Position numbers and translations under genes: made by a program. Shown piece by piece: positions 18,557 through 26,516 of a stretch of 64,000 nt of DNA. The notes beneath the pieces are model-generated. The model saw only the letters and a list, made by a program, of their open reading frames with translations, searched no databases and was not told the origin of the DNA. The DNA lies in assembly GCA_037189525.1 (NCBI GenBank), contig JBBCJC010000001.1, positions 128,001-192,000 of the forward strand. The letters run 5' to 3'. Source of the DNA: Gemmatimonadales bacterium (GTDB lineage: Bacteria; Gemmatimonadota; Gemmatimonadetes; Gemmatimonadales; GWC2-71-9). How positions within the stretch are numbered: the first letter of the stretch is position 1; each line of letters starts with the position of its first letter.

Positions 18557-20035
18557 TCACACCTCCGGGGCCGTCGACGCCTGACCGGCTGATGCGGTTC
18601 CCTTTTCCGCCAGCTTCTCGAAAAACTTCCCGAACACCACCACGCCGTCCCAGAGCTGCTGGAGATCCAGCTTCTCGTTAGGCGAATGCAGGCCGTCATC
18701 GGGAAGACCGATGCCGCTCAACACCACCGGCGCGCCCAGCTTCGCGAAATCGGCCACCACCGGAATCGACCCGCCTGCGCGCACTGGTACGGTGCCACGG
18801 CCGACCACTTCGCGGAACGCCTCATCGAGCTTTTCGAACGCGGGGTGGGTCACGTCCATCTGGATCGGATCGCCGCCGTGGAGGATGGTGACCGTCACGT
18901 CGGCATAGTCAGGCGCAAGCTTCGCAGCAGCCTTGGCGAGCCACTTCGAGACCTTGTCGAAGGTCAGGCCCGGCACCAGGCGAAGGCTGACCTTGGCGGT
19001 GGCCACCGCGGGAATCACCGTCTTGGCACCCTCGCCGACGAAGCCGCCCTTGATCCCATGGATCTCGAAGGTCGGAAGCGCCCAGATCCGCTCCAGCACG
19101 GTCGCCTCCTGGATCCCGGTCAAGGCGCGGCCGGTCACCTCCTCCTTGAGGAAGCGGGCTTCGTCGAAGGGCAACGTGTTCCAGCCCTCACGTTCGGCGC
19201 GGCTCGGTTTCTCGACCGACTTGTAGAGCTTCGGGATGTTGATCTTGCCCGAACGCTTCTTGAGGTCGGTGAGCAGCCGGACCAGCGTCTCGACGGCATT
19301 GGGCGCCGCTCCGCCGTAGGAGCCGGAGTGGAGGTCGCGCTGCAAGGTGCGCACCTGGATCTCGGCGTAGCACATCCCGCGGAGCGCGGTGTAGACACCG
19401 GGCCAGCCCACGTCGAAGTAGGACATGTCACAGACCAGCACGGCATCCGCCTTGGCCCGTTCGGGCTCACGGGCCAGCAGGTCCTGAATGACGTGACCGC
19501 CGGACTCCTCCTCGCCCTCGATCATGAAACGGATGTTGATCGGCGGCTTCCCCTCGGCGTCGAGCACGGCACCGTAGGCTTCGAGGAGACAGAAGACCTG
19601 CCCCTTGTCGTCTGCGGCGCCGCGGGCGTAGAGGCGGCCGTCACGCACCGTGGGCGTGAAGGGCGGCGATACCCATTCGTCGAGCGGATCGACCGGCTGC
19701 ACGTCGTAGTGTCCGTAGATCAGGAGCGTCGGCGCCCCGGGAACGGGTGGGCTCTCCGCGTAGACCACCGGGTGACCCTTGCCTTCGAGGACTTCGACCT
19801 TGGGGCAGCCCAACCGGTGCAGGCGGCGGACCAGCCAGTCGGCGGCCCGGCGGCAGTCGGTGGCATGCTGGGGAAGCGCGCTGATGCTCGGAATCGACAG
19901 GAATTCGACCAACTCCGCGAGCATACGGTCGCGCTGCTGGTCGATGGCGTTTGGATTGAGGGCCACGGCAATCACATGGGAAGAGGGAACCCCATATCTA
20001 GCCGATGCCGCGGGCGGATTCCAGTCGTGCGGCAC
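18557..20035 (-). CDS. M20 family dipeptidase (start uncertain)
   Basis: YGHYDVQP, RGAADDKGQ, EGEEE, GGSIP, HSPNE motifs. Confidence 0.92.
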   Translation of the reverse strand: MPHDWNPPAASARYGVPSSHVIAVALNPNAIDQQRDRMLAELVEFLSIPSISALPQHATDCRRAADWLVRRLHRLGCPKVEVLEGKGHPVVYAESPPVPGAPTLLIYGHYDVQPVDPLDEWVSPPFTPTVRDGRLYARGAADDKGQVFCLLEAYGAVLDAEGKPPINIRFMIEGEEESGGHVIQDLLAREPERAKADAVLVCDMSYFDVGWPGVYTALRGMCYAEIQVRTLQRDLHSGSYGGAAPNAVETLVRLLTDLKKRSGKINIPKLYKSVEKPSRAEREGWNTLPFDEARFLKEEVTGRALTGIQEATVLERIWALPTFEIHGIKGGFVGEGAKTVIPAVATAKVSLRLVPGLTFDKVSKWLAKAAAKLAPDYADVTVTILHGGDPIQMDVTHPAFEKLDEAFREVVGRGTVPVRAGGSIPVVADFAKLGAPVVLSGIGLPDDGLHSPNEKLDLQQLWDGVVVFGKFFEKLAEKGTASAGQASTAPEV

Positions 20036-20181
20036 TCCCTACCGGAATCGGCCGGGGCAAACCGATGAGAGCGCGGTTGATCGAGGCCACGGTCAACCGG
20101 GCCTACCTCCGTCACGTCAAGCAGCAGGGCCTTCGCTTGGCCAGGTCCTGACCCGAGCGCCCGTCGGCCCAGTTGCGGACG

Positions 20182-20661
20182 CTATCTCCTGCGACTTCGA
20201 CCGCGGGCGGGAGGATTCTCCCGGCTGAGCGGCGGACGGGCCGGAACGGCCGGCGGGGCACCCCCGCTCCGCACCAGCGACTCCACCGTCGTATCCGCGA
20301 GAAAACGAAGGATCGACTCCGCAATCGGCTTCCAGCGGTGGTGCGCCACGCAGGCGACACGGTCGTTGCAGGCCGATTGACCGAGCAGACAGGTCCGATA
20401 CGCCGCCACGTCCTCGAACGGCGCGATAACGGTCGCGAGCCGGAGCCGCGTCGCGGGTTTGGCGAGCACGAAACCGCCATGACGGCCCCGGCGAGAAGCC
20501 AAAACGCCCGCCCCCGCCAGCTGATGGAGGATTTTGGAGAGGTAATTCGCGGGAACGTCGAGCGTGGCCGCCAGCTCGGTAGCGTGGGAAGGTTCCTCCG
20601 GTGGCCGGCTGGCGATCAGCGCCACGACTCGCAGCGCATATTCGGAGGTTTGGTTCAACAT
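20182..20661 (-). CDS. Rrf2 family Fe-S transcriptional regulator
   Basis: SEYALR, YLSKIL..L...G...S.RG..GGF.LA, C-terminal CLLG...C.....C..H..W. ATG 20661 after AGGTGG. Confidence 0.9.
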   Translation of the reverse strand: MLNQTSEYALRVVALIASRPPEEPSHATELAATLDVPANYLSKILHQLAGAGVLASRRGRHGGFVLAKPATRLRLATVIAPFEDVAAYRTCLLGQSACNDRVACVAHHRWKPIAESILRFLADTTVESLVRSGGAPPAVPARPPLSRENPPARGRSRRR

Positions 20662-20675
20662 CGGCCACCTACGGA

Positions 20676-21209
20676 TCAAGGACCTCGCACGACGAAAGCG
20701 CCATCCTGATAGCTCACCAGAACGGCGACACCAGGCTCAAAAGTAATCGTAGTATCGAGCACGAGCGGCGACGGAATCTGAGGTCCTGCTGACGCGGAGT
20801 CCATCGCCTCCCGCCGCGTGAATTGCACCCGGATGTGGCGCGCACCCGGCGAAAGTGGATAGGAGCGCAGCAGGAAAATCGGCCGATCCTGCCGGAGCCC
20901 GCCTCCGGTGACCACCGCCTCCTCCAGCGTGTCGCGCGCGGCCAGGACCAGCAGGGTGTAGGTCGCGGCGTGGCCCTCACACTCCACCGCGCGGCGCATG
21001 TGCACGGGGCGCTTCGCCAGCTCGGCAGCATCGAGGGTGCGGCACTGCTCGATCCGCTCCGGCCGCATACTCCAGGAGAGCCGCAACTCGGTCGCGTCGG
21101 CGGTATGCCACCGCCATGCGCCGCCCGAACTGGCCGCCAGCAGAGCCGCGAGCCCCAGCGTCACGACCACCGCCACCGAGGTGCGCACGAGTTGCCGCCC
21201 GCTCGTCAT
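20676..21209 (-). CDS. Membrane-anchored hypothetical protein, partner of the cytochrome b fusion
   Basis: C-terminal 177 aa of the listed 722-aa frame. Starts MTSGRQLV after GGAGG, with ATGA overlap on the upstream stop. One TM/signal, two Cys, beta-rich C-terminus. Confidence 0.75.
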   Translation of the reverse strand: MTSGRQLVRTSVAVVVTLGLAALLAASSGGAWRWHTADATELRLSWSMRPERIEQCRTLDAAELAKRPVHMRRAVECEGHAATYTLLVLAARDTLEEAVVTGGGLRQDRPIFLLRSYPLSPGARHIRVQFTRREAMDSASAGPQIPSPLVLDTTITFEPGVAVLVSYQDGAFVVRGP

Positions 21210-22798
21210 TTCGGCGCCTCCTCCCGGTCGCTGGCGCAAAGCGCGAGCAGATCCAGGGCATCGTCCGGTTCCACCGTTTCCAGCGCGGCGATCTCGCGCC
21301 GGAATGTCTCGAAGGCCGCCAGCACGTCGCCGTCCAATCCCACCGCGGCGGTGACCGTCCGCACTCGGCGCCGGTCGACTCGCGCCTGGAGTTCGGCCTC
21401 GCGATCGTGATAGAACCGCTGCTCGAGCCACTTGGGGCCTTCGCGTCCCACGCAGTCGCGCGGGGGGCACCCCGTCACCATCACCCCGCCGGCTCCCTGG
21501 CGCAGCAGCAACTCGACCACCGAGGAATGCAGTCCGCCCACGCAGGGCACCTCGTGGATATACGCACCCAGCGAGGCCAGCCGATGGCGGAGGGAGGCCG
21601 CTCCTTGTGCGCAGGCGACGACTACGAGACGTCCGCCCGGTTCCGGCGGTAGACCGGATACAGGCCCCTCGCGAATGACGGCGAATTGGTCGCGGCCCGT
21701 GCGTCCGGGCGGCCCCACCCCCATCGGTGCGCAGGAGCCGGCGCAGATCCCGCAACTCACGCAGAGGCTCGGATCGACCCGGGCCACCAGTGTCGGCCGA
21801 TCGTCGTCGCGCTCGACCATCCGGATGGCTTCCCAGGGGCAGTCCTGGGTGCACTGGTCGCATCCGGTGCAGCGCTGCGGGTCTACCACGCTCTGTGCCC
21901 AGCTTCCGGTGCGCGGCCGGCGAGCCAGCCGGGGCACGAGCAGCGCTCCCAGGCCCAGTACCCCGATCGTCATCCAGACCGCCCAGGCGGGAGCCCGCTC
22001 CGCCATGGGCAGCCACCACGTGGTCGTCAGCGCGAGCGGCGTCTCGCTGGGCAGGCCGAGCAGGTCGGCCGCCGGGCCGAGCGGCGCGGGCAGCACCACG
22101 GCAATGCCGAGCAGCGTCAGCGTCACGGTCCAGCGAATGACACGCGGCGGCGTCAGCACCGGGCGAGCCACCTTCGAGATGTGGAGCCAGAGGCCGGTCC
22201 CCATCGCGAGCGGAAGCGCAATGTGAATGAACAGGTTGAGAAAGAAAAAAGTTCCCGGCACCGGCCGGTCGCCGGCAAAGAGACGGCTGACCGGCTCGGA
22301 AACGATCGGCAACGCGTCGACGAGGCGCGCCCCCATCACAGCAATCCTGAGACCCAGCGTGTCCCAGGCCATCACGAACCCGGTCCAGGCGCAGAGGAGC
22401 CCGACGCCGAAGAGGAAGATCCCGCTCACCCAGGCGCGCGTGCGCGGCCCCCACTCGCGCGCCTGTCCCACCAGACGCACCGCATGGAGCAGCGCCGCGA
22501 GCACGAAGGCGTCGGTGGCGTACCGATGCAGCGACCGGACCCACGAACCGAGCCACGGGTCGGCCGCCAGCCGCGCGACCGATTCGGCCGGCGCGCCGAT
22601 CCGATAGACGAGCAGGAGATAGAGACCGGTGACGGTCAGGATGAGCAGCAGCCAGGACGCCAGCGCGCCGCTCTGGTGCAGCGGGTTTCCGCGCCAGCCG
22701 TAGACGCGGTGCATCAGGGCGTCGAGGGCGCGCGTCATCCGGCGCAGGGTGGCTTCCACCCGGCGCATCGCCCGAAGGCGTGCAGTGATAGACGGCAT
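21206..22798 (-). CDS. Fusion: cytochrome b (b6-like) + 2x[4Fe-4S] ferredoxin + MvhD/FlpD-like [2Fe-2S] domain
   Basis: His pairs in RSLHRYATDAFVLAALLHAVR and FIHIALPLAMGTGLWLHISK. CTGCDQCTQDCP and CVSCGICAGSC. ACAQ...VPCVG...TGCPPRDCVGREG. Confidence 0.85.
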   Translation of the reverse strand: MPSITARLRAMRRVEATLRRMTRALDALMHRVYGWRGNPLHQSGALASWLLLILTVTGLYLLLVYRIGAPAESVARLAADPWLGSWVRSLHRYATDAFVLAALLHAVRLVGQAREWGPRTRAWVSGIFLFGVGLLCAWTGFVMAWDTLGLRIAVMGARLVDALPIVSEPVSRLFAGDRPVPGTFFFLNLFIHIALPLAMGTGLWLHISKVARPVLTPPRVIRWTVTLTLLGIAVVLPAPLGPAADLLGLPSETPLALTTTWWLPMAERAPAWAVWMTIGVLGLGALLVPRLARRPRTGSWAQSVVDPQRCTGCDQCTQDCPWEAIRMVERDDDRPTLVARVDPSLCVSCGICAGSCAPMGVGPPGRTGRDQFAVIREGPVSGLPPEPGGRLVVVACAQGAASLRHRLASLGAYIHEVPCVGGLHSSVVELLLRQGAGGVMVTGCPPRDCVGREGPKWLEQRFYHDREAELQARVDRRRVRTVTAAVGLDGDVLAAFETFRREIAALETVEPDDALDLLALCASDREEAPK

Positions 22799-22845
22799 CT
22801 TGTGGAATATATATCACCTCTATATGATATTTACAAATGTCCACT
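22799..22845. promoter_or_regulatory. AT-rich overlapping divergent promoters with inverted repeats (candidate Rrf2 operator)
   Basis: Plus strand TTGTGG(22800)-N17-TATGAT(22823). Minus strand TTGTAA and TATATATT. Inverted repeats ATATCA-N8-TGATAT and GATATTT-AC-AAATGTC. Confidence 0.6.
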
Positions 22846-22888
22846 TCCGAATCCCGTCCCGTTTCCGTTTCCCGAGGAGCGTCCGCCG

Positions 22889-23056
22889 ATGGATCCGACC
22901 GATCCGCGCGTCCCCGACGAGCCCGTTCCGTTGATGCAGCGTCTCTACGACAACATCTGGCTGCTCCTGGTTGCCGGTCTCGTGGTCATGTTCGTCGTCT
23001 ATACCGGCTGGGGCATGTGGGAGATCCTCACGATGCCGGCCGGCACTCTCCCGTGA
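22889..23056 (+). CDS. Small single-TM subunit of the heme-copper enzyme
   Basis: MDPTDPRVPDEPVPLMQRLYDNIWLLLVAGLVVMFVVYTGWGMWEILTMPAGTLP, GAGGAG RBS, first gene of the operon. Confidence 0.8.
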   Translation: MDPTDPRVPDEPVPLMQRLYDNIWLLLVAGLVVMFVVYTGWGMWEILTMPAGTLP

Positions 23057-23063
23057 GGCATCG

Positions 23064-23669
23064 ATGCTGACCAAGATCCACACGGGGCTCGACCCCGTCC
23101 CGGGTGTCTGGTGGCGCCCTGCGCACAAATCGGAAAAGATCTGGGTGGCGATCGCGTTCGCCTGGTGTATGGTGCTCTTCGCGATGATGCCGCTCTGGCA
23201 CTGGAAGGGCGGCCAGAACCCGTCCGGGATCCGCAGCAAGGTGGATCCCAAGGCGTTCTATTCCCGGACCGTCGCCTTCGCGCGCGAGTACCGAGTCGGC
23301 GAGGATCGGGGCATCCCGATCGTCGCGCCGCCGCCGGGCAGCGACATCTATCTCACCGCGCTCTCGTTCCAGTGGTATCCCATCCTCCAGCTCGAGAAGG
23401 ACAAGGAGTACATCCTCCATCTCTCCGCGCTGGATGTGAATCACGGGTTCAGTCTCTATCCGCTCAACGTGAACTTCCAGGTGGTGCCGGGCTACGACTA
23501 CGGGCTCCGCGTCACCCCGACCGCGACGGGTGATTTCCGGATCATCTGCAACGAGTTCTGCGGGATCGGCCATCACACCATGGTGGGCAGGATGATCGTC
23601 GTCGACGCGAACGGCAGTCCGGTCGCCGACAACGCCGCAGCGGCAGTGCGGCGGGAGGAGGCACGATGA
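23064..23669 (+). CDS. Heme-copper oxidoreductase subunit II (CuA)
   Basis: One TM. CuA ligands in DVNHGF and CNEFCGIGHHTM. Confidence 0.92.
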   Translation: MLTKIHTGLDPVPGVWWRPAHKSEKIWVAIAFAWCMVLFAMMPLWHWKGGQNPSGIRSKVDPKAFYSRTVAFAREYRVGEDRGIPIVAPPPGSDIYLTALSFQWYPILQLEKDKEYILHLSALDVNHGFSLYPLNVNFQVVPGYDYGLRVTPTATGDFRIICNEFCGIGHHTMVGRMIVVDANGSPVADNAAAAVRREEAR

Positions 23670-25417
23670 CGGCCCCCGCACTCTCGCTCGACGCGTTCCG
23701 GACCTGTCAGTCCACCGGACGGCGCATCCACCGGCAGGTCGAGCCCCTCATCAAGGCCAACGCCGTCGTCGCCGTGGTCACACTCCTGATCGGAGCCGCC
23801 GCCGCGCTCCTGCTGGTGCTGACCCGCTGGCAAGCCGTGCATCTCCTGCCGGCGGAGTGGTACTACCGCCTGCTGGGCGTGCACGGCATGAACATGCTGA
23901 TCTTCTTCATCATCTACTTCGAGATGGCGGTCCTCTGGTTCGCAGGTACCGTGCTCCTCAATGCGCGCCCCGCCGCACCACGCTACGGCTGGTTCAACTT
24001 CGGCCTGATGGTGTTCGGGACGCTGATGGTGGAGTGGACTCAATGGACCGGCCGAGCCGACGTGCTCTTCACGTCCTACCCTCCCCTGCAGGCGCACTGG
24101 GCCTTCTATCTCGGCATCATCCTGTTCGCGGTCGGTGCGCTGGGCGTCACGGCACAGTTCTTCGCCACGATCACGATCGCCAAGCGGGAGCGGACCTACG
24201 AAGGATCGATGCCGCTCGTGGTCTACGGCGCGCTGACGGCGGCGATCATCGCCGTCATCACCCTGCTCCACGGCGCCATCATCTACATCCCGACCTTCCT
24301 CTGGTCGATCGGCCTGATCGAGCGGGTCGATCCCCAGGTCTACCGGATGATCTGGTGGGGGCTCGGCCATTCGTCGCAGCAGATCAACATGGCCGCCATG
24401 GTGGCAATCTGGTACATGCTCGGCGCGCTGACCGTAGGCGCCGTGGTGCTGAACGAAAAAGTCAGCCGTACCGCGTTCGTGCTCTATATCCTGTTCATCT
24501 CGATGGCGTCGGCGCACCACCTCCTCGTCGACCCCGGTTTCGGGTCCGCCTGGAAGATCACCAACACCTCGTACTTCATGTACATGGCGGTGCTCGCCTC
24601 CATGATCCACGGCTTCACCATCCCGGCCGGCATGGAGTTGGGCATGCGTCTGCGCGGCTTTACCCGTGGCCTCTTCGACTGGCTCCGTCGCGCACCGTGG
24701 GGCGACCCCGGCTTCAGCTCGCTGGTGCTGTCGGTGGTGGTTTTCGGGTTCGTCGGAGGCATCACGGGTGTCACGATCGGGACGGAGCAGATCAACATCA
24801 TCGTGCACAACACGCTCCGGGCGCCGGGACACTTCCACGCGACGGTGGTGAGCGGCACCGCGCTCGCGTTCATGGGAGCGACGTACTACCTCCTGCCACT
24901 CATCTTTCAGAAGAAGGTGGCGTTCTGGGGCTTTGCCAGGATCCAACCCTATCTCTTCTCGCTCGGCATCCTGCTCCTCTCGATCGGAATGACGTTTGCC
25001 GGCAGCTTCGGAGTGCCGCGCCGCCATTGGGATGCGTCGTTCTCCACCGCGATGTTCGACGTGACGATGAGCCCGGCGGTCGATCTCGTCCTTGCGATCA
25101 TGGGCATCGGCGGCATCCTCGCCGTGATAGGTGCATTCGGTTTCGTCGCCATAGCCGTGGCGTCCGTGTTCTTCGGGAAGCCGTTGGGTACGATCACGCC
25201 TGGTGTGGCAATGGCGGGAGTGCCGCAGGGCCTCACCCATCCGCCGGTACACGGCCCCGACGTCGATGCGCGTAACGAGGAACTCCACGCACCGGCACGC
25301 GACTGGATGGGCCCGACCCCCGGCACCATCGTCCTGGTAGCGGTCTTCCTGATCGCGTTCATGACGTACTACTTCACCAACTGGAAGTTGCTCTCGTTCC
25401 TCTGGAAGGTCGGATGA
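23666..25417 (+). CDS. Heme-copper superfamily subunit I, B-family-derived, putative eNOR-type nitric oxide reductase
   Basis: Six His ligands (GVHGMNM, GLGHSSQQI, SAHHLL, PGHFHA). B-family HNT...PGHFH. Gln at the His+4 position where O2 reductases have the cross-linked Tyr. Confidence 0.8.
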   Translation: MTAPALSLDAFRTCQSTGRRIHRQVEPLIKANAVVAVVTLLIGAAAALLLVLTRWQAVHLLPAEWYYRLLGVHGMNMLIFFIIYFEMAVLWFAGTVLLNARPAAPRYGWFNFGLMVFGTLMVEWTQWTGRADVLFTSYPPLQAHWAFYLGIILFAVGALGVTAQFFATITIAKRERTYEGSMPLVVYGALTAAIIAVITLLHGAIIYIPTFLWSIGLIERVDPQVYRMIWWGLGHSSQQINMAAMVAIWYMLGALTVGAVVLNEKVSRTAFVLYILFISMASAHHLLVDPGFGSAWKITNTSYFMYMAVLASMIHGFTIPAGMELGMRLRGFTRGLFDWLRRAPWGDPGFSSLVLSVVVFGFVGGITGVTIGTEQINIIVHNTLRAPGHFHATVVSGTALAFMGATYYLLPLIFQKKVAFWGFARIQPYLFSLGILLLSIGMTFAGSFGVPRRHWDASFSTAMFDVTMSPAVDLVLAIMGIGGILAVIGAFGFVAIAVASVFFGKPLGTITPGVAMAGVPQGLTHPPVHGPDVDARNEELHAPARDWMGPTPGTIVLVAVFLIAFMTYYFTNWKLLSFLWKVG

Positions 25418-26334
25418 TTCCGGCGCGAGCGTCGCGGCTGCCCCTGGCCGTCGTGGCGCTCGCCCTCGTGCTCGTCATTACCGCGGCCTGGTGGGCCCTG
25501 GCGCTCTGGCCGCTCGGTGCGGACACGCCGGACTGGATCGTGACGACCCGCGAAGTGTGTTTCGGCGCGTCGCGGACCGGTCTCCCGCATGCCGGCGGCT
25601 GGCTCCTCCTGATCGGCGAGCCGCTTGGCATGCTGGCGGTGCTGGTGGTGGTCTGGGGCGCCGAACTGCGCCAGGGACTCAGCCGTCTCCACCGGACGAT
25701 CCCGGGGCAGTTGCTGAGCGCGACGGTGGTGGTCCTTTGCGGCATCGGACTCATGGCCGCCGGGCGCCGCATCGCCGACGCCAACCGGGACACAGCCGTC
25801 TTCAATCCTGCAACACCGCTGCCGGCGCGCGACGATGCCCCTGCTCCCGCCCTTGCCCTCATCGATCAGCATGGCGAGACGACCGATCTCACCGCCTTTC
25901 GCGGCCGGTGGGCTCTGGTGACATTCGCCTTCGGTCACTGCGAGGACATCTGTCCCGTCATCGTCGACATCGCCAAGCGCGCGCGGCGGGACGCCCAAGT
26001 CGAACATGTTCCGATTCTGGTGGTGACACTCGACCCCTGGCGCGATACGCCGGGGCGTCTCCCGGCCATCGCCGATGCCTGGACGCTCGGCACGGACGAT
26101 CGGGTCCTCTCCGGTAGCATTGCGGACGTGACGGCAGCCCTCGACAGCTGGGGAATTGCCCGCCAGCGTGACGAACGCACCGGCGACGTGGTCCACGGCA
26201 GCACGATAGTAGTAGTGGATCCGGAGGGGCGCGCAGCATGGCGCCTCGACGGGGCGCCGCACCGGGTGCGCGAGGCGCTGGAGATCGTGGCTGCAGACGA
26301 GAGCACACCGGCCCGCTTCACGTCATCGAGATAG
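25414..26334 (+). CDS. SCO/SenC copper chaperone with N-terminal multi-TM extension
   Basis: FAFGHCEDICP (CxxxC), VTLDPWRDTP, VVHGS. Confidence 0.88.
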   Translation: MIPARASRLPLAVVALALVLVITAAWWALALWPLGADTPDWIVTTREVCFGASRTGLPHAGGWLLLIGEPLGMLAVLVVVWGAELRQGLSRLHRTIPGQLLSATVVVLCGIGLMAAGRRIADANRDTAVFNPATPLPARDDAPAPALALIDQHGETTDLTAFRGRWALVTFAFGHCEDICPVIVDIAKRARRDAQVEHVPILVVTLDPWRDTPGRLPAIADAWTLGTDDRVLSGSIADVTAALDSWGIARQRDERTGDVVHGSTIVVVDPEGRAAWRLDGAPHRVREALEIVAADESTPARFTSSR

Positions 26335-26516
26335 CCTGCGGGCGGCCGTCCGGATTGGGCGGGCCTTTCTTCGAGATCGCCCTGAAGACGATGGGTGTTC
26401 TCCGGCCGCGCCTTGCCCCACCGCGACGGCCAGCCCTGTCACCCCGAAACGCGATCGGCGGTCCGGTGTAGATTTCTCCCCCAGCCACCTGCTGATTCAC
26501 CCATCGGGAGAGGTCA

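Noticed and set aside
21206..22798. Part of a bc1/b6f complex or a hydrogenase
   Set aside because: No PEWY motif, and no Rieske, cytochrome c1 or NiFe/FeFe catalytic subunit gene nearby
20676..22844. 722-aa ORF as one protein
   Set aside because: The first ~545 aa are Arg/Gly/Pro-rich off-frame read-through of the cytochrome b fusion. Only 20676-21209 has an RBS and protein-like sequence
23666..25417. Ordinary ba3/cbb3 cytochrome c oxidase
   Set aside because: The helix VI cross-link Tyr is absent, and subunit II is CuA-type with no heme c subunits
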